A stretch of 64,000 nucleotides of DNA from Bacteroidales bacterium (GTDB taxonomy: Bacteria; Bacteroidota; Bacteroidia; Bacteroidales; UBA6680): NCBI GenBank assembly GCA_025210735.1, contig JAOARD010000032.1:5345-69344 (forward strand), in the 5' to 3' direction. Below, piece by piece: positions 11,058-21,263 of this stretch. The first letter of the stretch is position 1, and each line of letters starts with the position of its first letter. Under the pieces are notes generated by a model that saw nothing but the letters and a program-made list of their open reading frames with translations, did no database searches and was not told the origin of the DNA. A program made the position numbers and the translations under genes.

Positions 11058-11797
11058 CAGAAGCTAAAACCCTTTATATTCGCATAACCAACTATTGTTA
11101 TACTATCAGATACTAATTGTATGCTTCTGCTGTTCATATCAACCTTATAAGACCTGCTAAAGAGAGATTTTTCAGATCTGTTTTTATTATCAGTTACATG
11201 TATACTATCGTTGTTTAATATCCAGTTACATACATGTTTATTTGAATTTATACCAGGGAAAATAATAATACCATCTTTCTGCAATGTTATCATCTCAATG
11301 CAGTTGTCGTAACTACTTACAAAAGTAATACCTGTTGTGTGTGGTGCAATCTCTTTTCCATTATGAATAATTTTGTCGACACACCATGAATTTTTTGTTA
11401 ACATTTCTGTCTTTGATGGTATTAGCGAAATGGTAACTGGTATTGCAATTATAATAAGTATTATTGCAATAAGCATTATTACTCTGAATTCAAAAACAGT
11501 ATTACCTATTAATGGTAACTTAGACGTAAACCTGTCAAGAGAGCTAATGGGTTTATTATCAGTGTTAGCTTCTTTTTTAATATATCCTGATTTTATCAAT
11601 ATAGCTTCTGCTGTTTCAGCGTCTTGTACTTTTACCTGTATCTCTACACCGCCAATAGCATTAGAGTAAAAATTGTGAACCTGAGTTGTCAATTCATTAG
11701 TAATCTGTACATCTATACCTTCAGACTCAAGTTTTGCCATTGCCATATGAGCCTCATGAGGATAGGTGAATGAGATAACCGTAATCCAGTCTTGCAT
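11057..11797 (-). CDS. DUF2007-like domain protein with TM helix and C-terminal domain
   Basis: FTYPHEAHMAMAKLESEGI...SNAIGGVEIQV typical of DUF2007. Confidence 0.75.
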   Translation of the reverse strand: MQDWITVISFTYPHEAHMAMAKLESEGIDVQITNELTTQVHNFYSNAIGGVEIQVKVQDAETAEAILIKSGYIKKEANTDNKPISSLDRFTSKLPLIGNTVFEFRVIMLIAIILIIIAIPVTISLIPSKTEMLTKNSWCVDKIIHNGKEIAPHTTGITFVSSYDNCIEMITLQKDGIIIFPGINSNKHVCNWILNNDSIHVTDNKNRSEKSLFSRSYKVDMNSRSIQLVSDSITIVGYANIKGFSF

Positions 11798-11913
11798 ATG
11801 TATGTTTAGTTTATGAATTAAAAAATGTTTTATACGCTTTTAAAGCGTGCATAATTAAAGTGCAGCAAATTTAGTAATATATGTGATAATATAAATTATC
11901 TGCTTACAGATTG

Positions 11914-12615
11914 TTAATATACTTTGTACTCTATGTATAGTTGCTGTTGTACAACCATATTACCTGTATTAACATACATTTTGGTATTACCAATTTCACT
12001 ATCTGCGCTTAATCCTTTTGTTTCAAATTTTAGTGAATTGTTATCATTACTTGCGGATATCTCTATATTACTAACTTGTGTTATAGTCTTATTTTGTTCT
12101 GGTATAGTTGTTATGATTTTATCTGCCAGGCTATTGGCGTTTTCTATTGCTTTTATATAAGCAACCTGATTCAGACTGTCAATTTTACTATGATGATATG
12201 TTAACCCACCAATAGAAAGGTGTTTGTTGATTAGTAATTCAGGGTATAACTCCTCAAGATCTTTTAAATTGCGTATTGTTACATTTACAGATGTAGATGC
12301 ACTGTATCCTATAAAAACACTTGAGCCATTTCGCCAGTTATACTCTTTATTCAGATTAACATTTGTTGTGAGTATATCTTCTTCCAGAATTTTATACTCA
12401 GCAAACTTGTTATTCAGGCTGTTAACTTTCTCTATTAAACAGTTCTTTGCTGTTTTTATATTTTTATCTGTGCACCTTAGGGTTAGATATATACTTGCTT
12501 CGTCAGGTTTAACCTCTACATTACCTGTGCTTTTAAGTATTATTGTTTTATAACTATTATTATTTGTACAGCTAAAAAGGCTGATAACAATAAGAAGTAA
12601 GAATAGTCTGTTCAT
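11914..12615 (-). CDS. SIMPL (DUF541) domain lipoprotein
   Basis: Lipobox LFSC; GNVEVKPDEASI and AIENANSLA pattern. Confidence 0.8.
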   Translation of the reverse strand: MNRLFLLLIVISLFSCTNNNSYKTIILKSTGNVEVKPDEASIYLTLRCTDKNIKTAKNCLIEKVNSLNNKFAEYKILEEDILTTNVNLNKEYNWRNGSSVFIGYSASTSVNVTIRNLKDLEELYPELLINKHLSIGGLTYHHSKIDSLNQVAYIKAIENANSLADKIITTIPEQNKTITQVSNIEISASNDNNSLKFETKGLSADSEIGNTKMYVNTGNMVVQQQLYIEYKVY

Positions 12616-12745
12616 AGTTGTTATAATTTATTTGTTCTATAAGATTTATGAATATTTGTAAGGTTAACAAATATAGATATCAAAAATGGAAAACTGTTTA
12701 GTATTTTGTTACAAAATCTAAACAGTTTCTGAGGTTTTAAACCAA

Positions 12746-13897
12746 TTACTCAACAAAACCCCGTTTAATATTTTCCGGAAGTCTGGCAAGTATCTCATAG
12801 TTCATAGAGTTATTCATTTCGGCAAACGATGAGAACGATATCTCTGTATCGCCATCTTTACCAATCAGAACTGCCTGATCGCCAATTTTAACATTTGGAA
12901 TATCTGTTATATCGCACAGAATCATATTCATATTTACACTACCAATTACCGGAGCTTTTTGTCCGTTTATTAGTATGTGTCCGTTATTACTTAACGATCT
13001 GCTATAACCATTTGAGTAGCCTACAGGTACAATACCCACAACAGTCTCTTTTATTGCCTGAAAGCTCATGCCATAACCAACAAACTCACCCTCAGATACT
13101 CTCTTTACCGATATAAGTTGCGATTTCCAGCTAAGTACGCGCTCAAGAGGGTCTGTTCTGTCCTTTTTACGGTGTATGTATTGAATAAACGACTCTCTGG
13201 TTGGCCAGTAACCATATATAAGTATTCCGGTACGTACCAAATCCATTCTGGTGTCAGGATAGTTTATTGTTGCGGCAGAGCTGGCAACATGTTGTAGTTC
13301 TGAATATATATTGTATTTGTTAAGTAGCTTAACCCTGCTTTTGAATACCTTTAATTGTTTACGTATCCTTGTGTAATTGGCAATGCTTTCAGCACCAGCA
13401 AAGTGGGTTGTAATACCTCTTATAATCAGATGTTCTCTGTTTGCATTAATAATTGCTATAGCCTCTTTAAGTTTACTTAGTGGCAAACCTGTTCTGTTCA
13501 TACCCGTCTCAACATCAATATGAATTATGGCTTTGAGCTCAAGCTCCTTAGCAACTGCTATTGCTTTGTTAAGTTCTTCGAGACCTGAGATATAGAACTC
13601 TATATTGTTCTTTATTATCCACTTATAATCATTATCGTAGACGAATCCGAGAATCATTATGGTAGAATCCTTAGTTCTTGCATAAAAGGCATCCTTGGCT
13701 TCAGGTGATGAATATACAGAGAAGTGATTGATTCCCATGCGTTCCAGAATAGGTACAACAATGTGTGTACCGTGACCGTATGAATTTCCTTTTACAACAG
13801 CAGATATAATTGTCTTTTCGTCTAACAACGATCTGATAAAACCAATGTTCTTCTCAAATGATTTACAGTTTAGTATAATCTCGGAGGTGCTTGTCAT
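12746..13897 (-). CDS. alr: Alanine racemase family protein
   Basis: AVVKGNSYGHG PLP lysine motif, HIDVETGMNRTG, VGYG, GYSNG, NYEI. Confidence 0.9.
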   Translation of the reverse strand: MTSTSEIILNCKSFEKNIGFIRSLLDEKTIISAVVKGNSYGHGTHIVVPILERMGINHFSVYSSPEAKDAFYARTKDSTIMILGFVYDNDYKWIIKNNIEFYISGLEELNKAIAVAKELELKAIIHIDVETGMNRTGLPLSKLKEAIAIINANREHLIIRGITTHFAGAESIANYTRIRKQLKVFKSRVKLLNKYNIYSELQHVASSAATINYPDTRMDLVRTGILIYGYWPTRESFIQYIHRKKDRTDPLERVLSWKSQLISVKRVSEGEFVGYGMSFQAIKETVVGIVPVGYSNGYSRSLSNNGHILINGQKAPVIGSVNMNMILCDITDIPNVKIGDQAVLIGKDGDTEISFSSFAEMNNSMNYEILARLPENIKRGFVE

Positions 13898-13903
13898 TTA
13901 TAT

Positions 13904-14581
13904 CTAAAATTTAAGAATTAATAAAGGGTCAGGGCATATCTCTTTATATATTTTTATCTCTTTTTTACTACATACACCCGGGAAATCACCGTAGTTGTCA
14001 CCTATGTCAGATATAATCTGAAAATGAAGATGAGGTGGCCAGTTCCCATTCTCGGTATTGTTTCCAAGTTCGGCAAATACCTCACCCGAGCAGACGTATT
14101 GTCCTGTTTCGATATTATTTATTGATCCGGCAGATAGATGTCCGTAAAGTGTATAGAATACTTTATCGTCAAGCGAGTGCTCAAGGATTATTGTAGGACC
14201 ATAATCGCCAAAGGTGCTGTTGTTTCTGAAACTGTGAATTTTACCATTAAGAGGGGCTCTTACCGGAGTATACTCATCGCACCATATATCTGTTCCCAGA
14301 TGGATAGTTCTTGCATCGTCACCATCGCCAAAGTGCTCGCTTTTTCTGTATATCATTCTGTCTTCCATATAACCACCAACAGCTATCTTCTTGTTTTGTC
14401 TCTTTAACTCTTCGCTTATATGTTTAGCTAAAGTATCGGTATTGTTGTATACATCTACAGGAACAGATATGTTGTCAACTGACATGTCTAGCTTTAATAT
14501 ATCCTGTTCTGTAATATCAAACAGAAACATTTTGCTGAATCCTTCTCTATGGTTGGTAAGTATATCTTTTAATTGTGTCAT
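13904..14581 (-). CDS. M23 family metallopeptidase
   Basis: HLGTD, TLYGHL, PPHLHFQ. Confidence 0.88.
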   Translation of the reverse strand: MTQLKDILTNHREGFSKMFLFDITEQDILKLDMSVDNISVPVDVYNNTDTLAKHISEELKRQNKKIAVGGYMEDRMIYRKSEHFGDGDDARTIHLGTDIWCDEYTPVRAPLNGKIHSFRNNSTFGDYGPTIILEHSLDDKVFYTLYGHLSAGSINNIETGQYVCSGEVFAELGNNTENGNWPPHLHFQIISDIGDNYGDFPGVCSKKEIKIYKEICPDPLLILKF

Positions 14582-14645
14582 AATATCTTATGTGTTATAA
14601 ATACTATCTCTTTATAGTAAACTCTTGCTGAAAGAAGATAATATA

Positions 14646-15773
14646 CTAATAATTTATCTGATTAATGATCTCTCTGAACATATCTATCCCTGTTTTAATT
14701 ATATCGTCCGGAAAATCATAATCAGGATTGTGCAGAGCCGGTTGATTTATACCGGAGCCTAATCCAAAGAAACCTCCGCTATATTTTTCTGTATAGTAAC
14801 CAAAATCTTCTGACCATTTATATGGCAATTCCAGCTTTTGAGCATTACACCTGTTTATATCAATTGCATTTAGAATGTATTCTGTACACTCCCTGCTGTT
14901 GGTTGTTGCAGGGAATATTTCAGAGTATGTTACATCATATGTTAAACCCTCTCTGTTTGATATATATGCAATAACAGATTCTGCTTTCTCTGTAAGTCTG
15001 TCAAGATCACTATTACTAAAAGCTCTTAGTGTAGCTCTTATCTCTGCATATCCGGGAGATGTACCAAAAGCTATTTCGCCCAGTTTTATATGTATTATGG
15101 TTAACAATATTGTATCAGAGAACTGGTCAGAAGCATCGTCTTTTATCGCCTCAAAACCTTTAATAATATCAGCTATGGCATTTACCGGACTTAAGCCCAT
15201 CTCAGGTTCTGCTGCATGCGATGTTTTTCCGGTTAGTTTAATAGTCATACCTTTAGAAGCCGATGCAAAGGTGTTCTCTCTGTAAAGTATCTTATGTTTC
15301 TCTTCGCCCGGAATATTGTGCAGTGCAAATATATAATCCGGCTCAATATCCTTAAAGTTTATATCCTGAATTATCTCAAAGGCACCTTCGCCGGTCTCCT
15401 CAGCAGGTTGAAACAGAAGTATTACACGACCCTTTTCAGGTGGGTTTTTATGTAACTCATAAGCCAATCCTGATACTATTGCCATATGACCATCGTGTCC
15501 GCACAAATGTGCTGTACCTTCAACCTCTGATTTGTACTCTATATTGTTTATCTCCTGAATTGGCAGACCATCCAGTTCAGATCTTATCATGGTTGTTTTG
15601 CCTTTGTTACCACTGTCAAAAACAAATACACGTCCGGTTTTTCCTAACCTTATTATACTGGTAGGAGAGAGGGGAGATATAAATGACTCTATCTTTTGTG
15701 CAGTATTGTATTCCTGCCCTGATAACTCCGGATTACGATGCAGGTATTGTCGTAGTTGTTTAATCTCATCCAT
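14646..15773 (-). CDS. M20D family amidohydrolase
   Basis: LHRNPELSGQE, HLCGHDGH, FQPAEE, SEDF, LHNPDYDF; start placed at MDEIK, overlapping the upstream stop. Confidence 0.9.
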   Translation of the reverse strand: MDEIKQLRQYLHRNPELSGQEYNTAQKIESFISPLSPTSIIRLGKTGRVFVFDSGNKGKTTMIRSELDGLPIQEINNIEYKSEVEGTAHLCGHDGHMAIVSGLAYELHKNPPEKGRVILLFQPAEETGEGAFEIIQDINFKDIEPDYIFALHNIPGEEKHKILYRENTFASASKGMTIKLTGKTSHAAEPEMGLSPVNAIADIIKGFEAIKDDASDQFSDTILLTIIHIKLGEIAFGTSPGYAEIRATLRAFSNSDLDRLTEKAESVIAYISNREGLTYDVTYSEIFPATTNSRECTEYILNAIDINRCNAQKLELPYKWSEDFGYYTEKYSGGFFGLGSGINQPALHNPDYDFPDDIIKTGIDMFREIINQINY

Positions 15774-17211
15774 TGTAGCTTTGTTTAATGTTTGTAAATA
15801 GTGCAACAGTAATGTATATAAGAGCCGATGCAGTTATACCAAATATATTAGCATCAAGACCAAGTGGTAACTCATCATATGCAGTTGTTAGTATAACTGT
15901 TACTGAACCACCGGTTATCATAGATAATATTGCTCCTGTTGCATTTGGTCTTTTACCGTATAGTGCAAACAGAACCGGAATAAATAGCCCCGATACCATA
16001 AATGCATAAGAGTATAACATCAGATCAAGAACATTTGTCATGTTTGATGCTAATAACAGAGCAAGTGCACCAATTGTAATGGTAATTATCTGTGATATTC
16101 TAAGCTGCGATCCGGCATCCTTTCGGAATCGGAATATTTTACTTAGTATATCTGTCTGCATATTACCTGAGGCAGCCATAAGACAGCTATCGGCAGTTGA
16201 CAGTATTGCAGAGAAGTATGCCGATAACATCAGTCCCATTAACCCTACAGGTAATACAGTATTCAGCAGTACGGGCAACCCCATCTCAGCATCCATAACC
16301 GATTGTGCGGTATAACCCGATGCTGCAAACATACCCCGCTCCATAGCCACTCTGGCAAGTAACCCGAGAAACACACCCATAAATGCCATAAGAGGCCACT
16401 CAAACAGCCCGGCTATAAACCAGGCTCTCTTTGCCTGTTTAATACTCTTTGATGCATATATTCTCTGATACAGAGTCATACCCACAAACCATATAGGAAT
16501 TATTGTTACAGCCCAGTTTACTATCTTTTGCCACGATATATTTGTTATAGATAGAAACTCATCACCAAGAGTAGACCGTATAGCATCTAATCCGCCAACA
16601 GCATAATACGATATTGGAATACCGATAAGAATAAGTCCTGACATAAGTATAATCCACTGAATGGTATCGGTATATATTACAGCTTTAAGCCCGCCAATGC
16701 CTGTGTATATAACAGCTATAATGCCCATAAATATAAGAGCAGTCTGTATATCTATTTGCGGAAATGTTGCAGATGCAAGCTTGGCACCTGCCAGTAGCTG
16801 TGAGCTTGTGAAGCCAATATAGCCTATTGCAGATATAATACCTGCAATAAGTGCTACCTTGCTGTTATAGAAGTGTTCAAATATCTGCGGGAACGTAAAG
16901 AACTTGTGTTTAGATGATAACCTGCTGATTACCGGGATTAATATTACAGCACTTATCCATGCTCCAACCAAACCTGTAAACAGCATCCACGAACCTGCCA
17001 CTCCAATCAGGAAACCCAATCCGCCCAGACCAATTGAGAAGCCACCGCCAACATCTGTTGCCACAACAGATAATCCAATGTGCCAGCTACCCAACGATCT
17101 GCCACCAACATAATAGTCGTCTATATTCTTATTTTTTCTGAAAAAGTATACACCTACACCCAACATCAGGGCAAAATATATTATAAAGATTATTATATCG
17201 ATAATATTCAT
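15766..17211 (-). CDS. Sodium:solute symporter (PutP-like)
   Basis: DYYVGGRSLG, GGLKAVIYTDTIQ, SAILSTADS; many TM helices. Confidence 0.92.
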   Translation of the reverse strand: MNIIDIIIFIIYFALMLGVGVYFFRKNKNIDDYYVGGRSLGSWHIGLSVVATDVGGGFSIGLGGLGFLIGVAGSWMLFTGLVGAWISAVILIPVISRLSSKHKFFTFPQIFEHFYNSKVALIAGIISAIGYIGFTSSQLLAGAKLASATFPQIDIQTALIFMGIIAVIYTGIGGLKAVIYTDTIQWIILMSGLILIGIPISYYAVGGLDAIRSTLGDEFLSITNISWQKIVNWAVTIIPIWFVGMTLYQRIYASKSIKQAKRAWFIAGLFEWPLMAFMGVFLGLLARVAMERGMFAASGYTAQSVMDAEMGLPVLLNTVLPVGLMGLMLSAYFSAILSTADSCLMAASGNMQTDILSKIFRFRKDAGSQLRISQIITITIGALALLLASNMTNVLDLMLYSYAFMVSGLFIPVLFALYGKRPNATGAILSMITGGSVTVILTTAYDELPLGLDANIFGITASALIYITVALFTNIKQSYNG

Positions 17212-17285
17212 ACAAATAATATTAAATAGCAGATACTTAAATGTATAGAATATTTGAATGAAATCCTAACAGTTATGGGGTTTAG

Positions 17286-18218
17286 TTATTGTATAGTTAA
17301 TACTATTTTACCCCTTGCATTGCCGCTCTCGCTAAGGTTAAAAGCATCAGCGAGATCTTCAAAATTAAAGATTTGTCCAACAATAGGTTTTAGATTCCCA
17401 TTTTCTATTAAATCGGATATTAATTTTAGTAATTTTCCGTTTGGTTTTATTGATAGAAACTCTGCTCTGATACCGTATTCTATTGCGCTATTTTTATCTG
17501 GTAGTGTATTTACTGCTACTAATATACCGTTCTGTTTTAAAACTTTATACGATCTCTCCTGTACGTTATAGCCAATGCTGTCTAAAACCACATCTACACT
17601 TTTACCAAGAATATCTTCGAACTTATACCTCTTATAATCAATAATCTCGTCAGCTCCTAATGATTTTAGAAACTGCTCGTTTTCTGATGAAGCAGTTGTA
17701 ATTACATAAGCACCTATGTGTTTTGCAAGTTGTATAGCTATACTTCCTAAACTTCCTGATCCGGCATGTATTAAAACTCTCTGGTTTGGCTTTAGTTCTG
17801 CAATTTTAAACAGTGCTTCCCATGCAGTTATGCATGCAATTGGTAAGCTTGCTGCTTCTTCAAAAGTAATTGATTGAGGCATATGCGCAATCTCATACTC
17901 TTTTACAGCAATATATTCAGCATGAGAACCATTGTTAGTTACTTCCGGACGACCGTAAACTTTATCGCCTATTTTAAACTGTTTTACATCTTTTCCGGTT
18001 TTTATAACAACTCCGGCAAAATCCCATCCTAATGTAATTGGAAAATCTATGGGAATAAGATCTTGTAACTCTCCGTTTCTTATTTTCCAATCTAATGGAT
18101 TCACAGACGATGCGTGAACTTTAATCAGCATCATACTGTTGTCTGTTTCAGGTAAATCAATTTCTTCAATATTCATTACTGAACTTGTCCCGTAGTTATT
18201 AATTCTTAACGCTTTCAT
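17286..18218 (-). CDS. NADP-dependent oxidoreductase (MDR / quinone oxidoreductase-like)
   Basis: VHASSVNPLD, LGWDFAG, HAGSGSLG, GKIVL. Confidence 0.9.
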   Translation of the reverse strand: MKALRINNYGTSSVMNIEEIDLPETDNSMMLIKVHASSVNPLDWKIRNGELQDLIPIDFPITLGWDFAGVVIKTGKDVKQFKIGDKVYGRPEVTNNGSHAEYIAVKEYEIAHMPQSITFEEAASLPIACITAWEALFKIAELKPNQRVLIHAGSGSLGSIAIQLAKHIGAYVITTASSENEQFLKSLGADEIIDYKRYKFEDILGKSVDVVLDSIGYNVQERSYKVLKQNGILVAVNTLPDKNSAIEYGIRAEFLSIKPNGKLLKLISDLIENGNLKPIVGQIFNFEDLADAFNLSESGNARGKIVLTIQ

Positions 18219-18315
18219 CTGTTATAATTGTTTCTTCATTTGCCAGATGGAACTCGCATTTATAATCATTTCCGTGTGTGTGAATGGCCATTCTCATGCT
18301 TCGTTTCATCTGTTT
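18219..18315 (-). repeat. ~90-nt hairpin element, copy B
   Basis: Minus strand AAACAGATGAAACGAAGCAT...CACACACAC...ATGCGAGTTCCATCTG...CAATTATAACAG-ATG. Confidence 0.9.
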
Positions 18316-18350
18316 ATATTTTTCCTTATTTTATACATAATTTATTCATT

Positions 18351-19770
18351 GCTCAAACGCTAAGAGAGTCAAAATTTCATCTTCATGCTCTACGGCAATA
18401 GTCTTGTGTGCTTAGCGTTAAAGTCAGTTTCATCTACGGGGTTTCTCAATCTAATTGAGATATTTCAACCTCCAGAAATAATCGACCTTTATGCAACGTG
18501 TTGCGAGACATCTACTCCTAAATCTCTTAGCTGTCGCAGATATCTCTTAATTTGTTTGTTCTTATTCTTATTTTCCAAAAAATCGCATCCTAACTCCTTA
18601 TAGGATTCTTTGTTTTGTAGAATGAAGTAGGCTGCTATAATTATTTTATGTCCTACTGCAACTAAGGCTCGTTTTTTTCCTCTTCTTCCTACTAAACTAT
18701 CGTATTTACTCCGTAAATAGGTTCCTTTTGTTCGTGTTGCTGCCCATGCACATTGAATTATCATAGACTTCAACCATTTGTCTCCGTGCGTGGTTCTTGA
18801 ACTTTTTTTTTACCTGCACTCTCATTATTTCCCGGACATAACCCTGCCCAAGAAGCTAAATGCTGTTCAGTTGGAAACTGCTCCATATTGTTTCCTATTT
18901 CCGATAGTATATATGTTGCAGATTCTTTATCAACTCCTGGAATTGTAGATAACAACTCGGCATCAAGTACCATCTCGTTTTCTTTTAATTTGTTGTCTAT
19001 CTCATTATCCAATTCGCTGATTAAATCCTCTTTATCTTTTATTGAACGTTTTACTGTTTTCAGCATGAACTTGTGGTGCTCTGTCAGGTTACCTGTTAGA
19101 GCAGTTATTAGTTCTTGCTCTGAAGCTTTCATCTTTCCATGACGTAATTTAGCCAGTGATTCAGGATTGCCTTCTCCTTCTATCATCGCATCAATGATCT
19201 TTGTAGCTACTGCTCCTGATAAATTACTTACAACTGAAGATAGTTTGATATTAGCATCTTCCAAAAACTTATGTATTCTGTTTTTCTCAGATGATATTTG
19301 CTCTATGATACGACGTTTATAGCGAGTTAAATCTCGCATCTCTCGTACTGGTCTTTTCGGTATGAAACTACCTTTTAGAAGTCCTGCTAGTAAGAGTTTT
19401 GCTATACGTCTGCTATCTTTCTTGTCTGTTTTATTTCCCGGTATGTTTTTTAAATGACGTGCATTGACTAAAATAATTTCGAAATCTTCCTCTAAGATAT
19501 TGTACACTGGCTTCCAATAGACCCCTGTACTCTCCATTGCAATATGGGTTACGTTCAAGGATTTCAACCAATTCCGTAATTGTTGTATTGATTCTGTAAA
19601 TGCTCCACAACTACGCGTCTCTGTTTTTATTCCTTTTCCTTGCACTGTTGAAACCAAAACTGATTTATGGATATCTATTCCACAACCTCTTTCTATTACC
19701 TGATCGAATTCTATTTTATCCTGAGCCATAGTTGTACCGTTTTTCTGCCCGTAAGTTACATCGTAGCATT
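18351..19770 (-). mobile_element. IS110-family insertion sequence (~1420 bp)
   Basis: Transposase flanked by a short upstream end and a ~140-nt downstream non-coding end; AATG (CATT on +) at both junctions, 18347-18350 and 19767-19770; no terminal inverted repeats evident. Confidence 0.7.
18489..19729 (-). CDS. IS110 transposase split by a -1 frameshift at an A9 run
   Basis: DEDD domain CGIDIHK, AMESTGVYW, NKTDKKDS; second domain TIPGVD...WAGLCPGNNESAGKK continues in the -1 frame as KSSRTTHGDKWLKSMIIQCAWAA. Confidence 0.92.
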
Positions 19771-19835
19771 TATAATCATCCTCGTGTGTGTCTAAAATTT
19801 AATCGTCATGGATGTTTCATCTGTTTATAATTGTT
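19767..19835 (-). repeat. ~90-nt hairpin element, copy C (interrupted by IS110)
   Basis: Minus strand ACAATTATAAACAGATGAAACATCCATGA...CACACACGAGGATGATTATAAATG, then the IS begins. Confidence 0.8.
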
Positions 19836-19929
19836 TTTCGGGACAAAACTAGCTCATCTACTTCTATTGTTCTTTTCCTATATTGCTATTATGTAGTAAT
19901 GTGTATATATGATTCTTTAGAGAACAGGA

Positions 19930-20799
19930 TTAATCAGCTAAGTGTATAGGGATATATATTTCTGTTTTTATATGCCTGTTTGTTACATCAGGTATATTAT
20001 CAATAAACTTGTCGTATGTTAATGAATCCCTCACTTCGTAGGGTGAGTTTAATAACCATTTTCCGTAGATTGTGTTATATGTTTTTTCAATATCTGATAA
20101 TGAGCCACAATGTGTAAATACTGCAAATTTACCAGCCGGAATTATCATTTTTCCTATACTATTGTTTGGTGCGAAAGTTTTGTCTGTGCTCATACAGATA
20201 TCGTATCTGCACAATTGTTCCGCAGTTATATCAGGATCGTCATAACAGATACCAATTTGGTAGCAGTTATCGCACCAAAGGTTATTCTCAGTAAAAAACT
20301 CTTCTAGTTTATTGAAGCTATCAGCATAATCTATGTTTTGGTAACTCCCAATATATCTGCTATAAGCAACTATTTGTTCCTTTAAATCCAGAATAACAGG
20401 TTCGTGAATATCTAAATACTCCTTGTTTATAGGAGGGAGTGTTTCATAAATTGAGTTGCTGATTCTGAATTTTGTTGGAGATATATTATACCTTTTTTTG
20501 AATGCTTTGCTTAAACCTGCAGGTGTTTCGAATCCAACATCGTATGCAATCTGCGAGATATTGTTTTTGGTATGTTTTAGTAATTTACAAGCAGCTTCCA
20601 GTTTTAATCTGATTATATACTCTCCAATAGTTTCGCCTGATAGAGCTTTAAATATTCTGTGAAAGTGAAACGGAGATATATTAGCTATTTGCGATAACTG
20701 ATTTAAGCTGTACGATTGGAATCTATGTTGATGCAGAAAGTCATAAACCCTGTTTATTTTAGCCTGATATATCTCTGTTTTAGATCTTTTTTCTGTCAT
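19930..20799 (-). CDS. AraC family regulator with GyrI-like effector domain
   Basis: N-terminal double HTH (SPFHFHRIFK, IAYDVGFE) and C-terminal YDDPDIT...CRYDIC...GKFAVFTH. Confidence 0.92.
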   Translation of the reverse strand: MTEKRSKTEIYQAKINRVYDFLHQHRFQSYSLNQLSQIANISPFHFHRIFKALSGETIGEYIIRLKLEAACKLLKHTKNNISQIAYDVGFETPAGLSKAFKKRYNISPTKFRISNSIYETLPPINKEYLDIHEPVILDLKEQIVAYSRYIGSYQNIDYADSFNKLEEFFTENNLWCDNCYQIGICYDDPDITAEQLCRYDICMSTDKTFAPNNSIGKMIIPAGKFAVFTHCGSLSDIEKTYNTIYGKWLLNSPYEVRDSLTYDKFIDNIPDVTNRHIKTEIYIPIHLAD

Positions 20800-20838
20800 A
20801 TTCTAGCTGAAAGTAACAATTTTTATGTAGTAGTAAAA

Positions 20839-21243
20839 CTATTCTTCTTCAACAAATACTCTGTACTCTGAATTTACAATCTCACCACTCTTTGAACCTG
20901 GAATAAATGGTTCATACTTCTTCATTTTGCTTGCCAGTTTGTTGTAACTACTATCTCTGGTTTTATTATATACTATATACCCTCTTTTGTCAATCTTTAA
21001 GTTTATTTCAGTATACCCCTCTTTTTTATTGCTAATATTGTTTAAAATAAGATGCCAACCCCTCATAGATATAGATACAAGATCAGGATTATCAAGCTCA
21101 GACGATTTGTAAAACTTAGGATTGTTGGTTATGACCATTCTGAATTCAAATCACAAATGCAACTTGTTGGATAAGACTTAGAAACTTGATCTGTTAGAAT
21201 GTAATAAAACTACGACGATTAAAGAATACAGTGTATATTTCAC
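20839..21243 (-). pseudogene. Possible degraded secreted protein with a TonB-C-terminal-like end
   Basis: GTG at 21243 begins a hydrophobic leader in frame with the 99-aa ORF, but TAA and TGA intervene; the end FIPGSKSGEIVNSEY resembles TonB C-termini. Confidence 0.3.
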
Positions 21244-21263
21244 CTCTTTTAGAGGAGTGTTGA

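Noticed and set aside
18214-18309. Hairpin element as a conserved leader peptide (MKRSMRMAIHTHGNDYKCEFHL..., similar in copies E and F)
   Set aside because: Differences between copies are mostly non-synonymous, indels shift the frame (CGAAGC versus CGAGC), and copy A stops early. Conservation follows base pairing, not codons. A uORF role in individual copies is not excluded.
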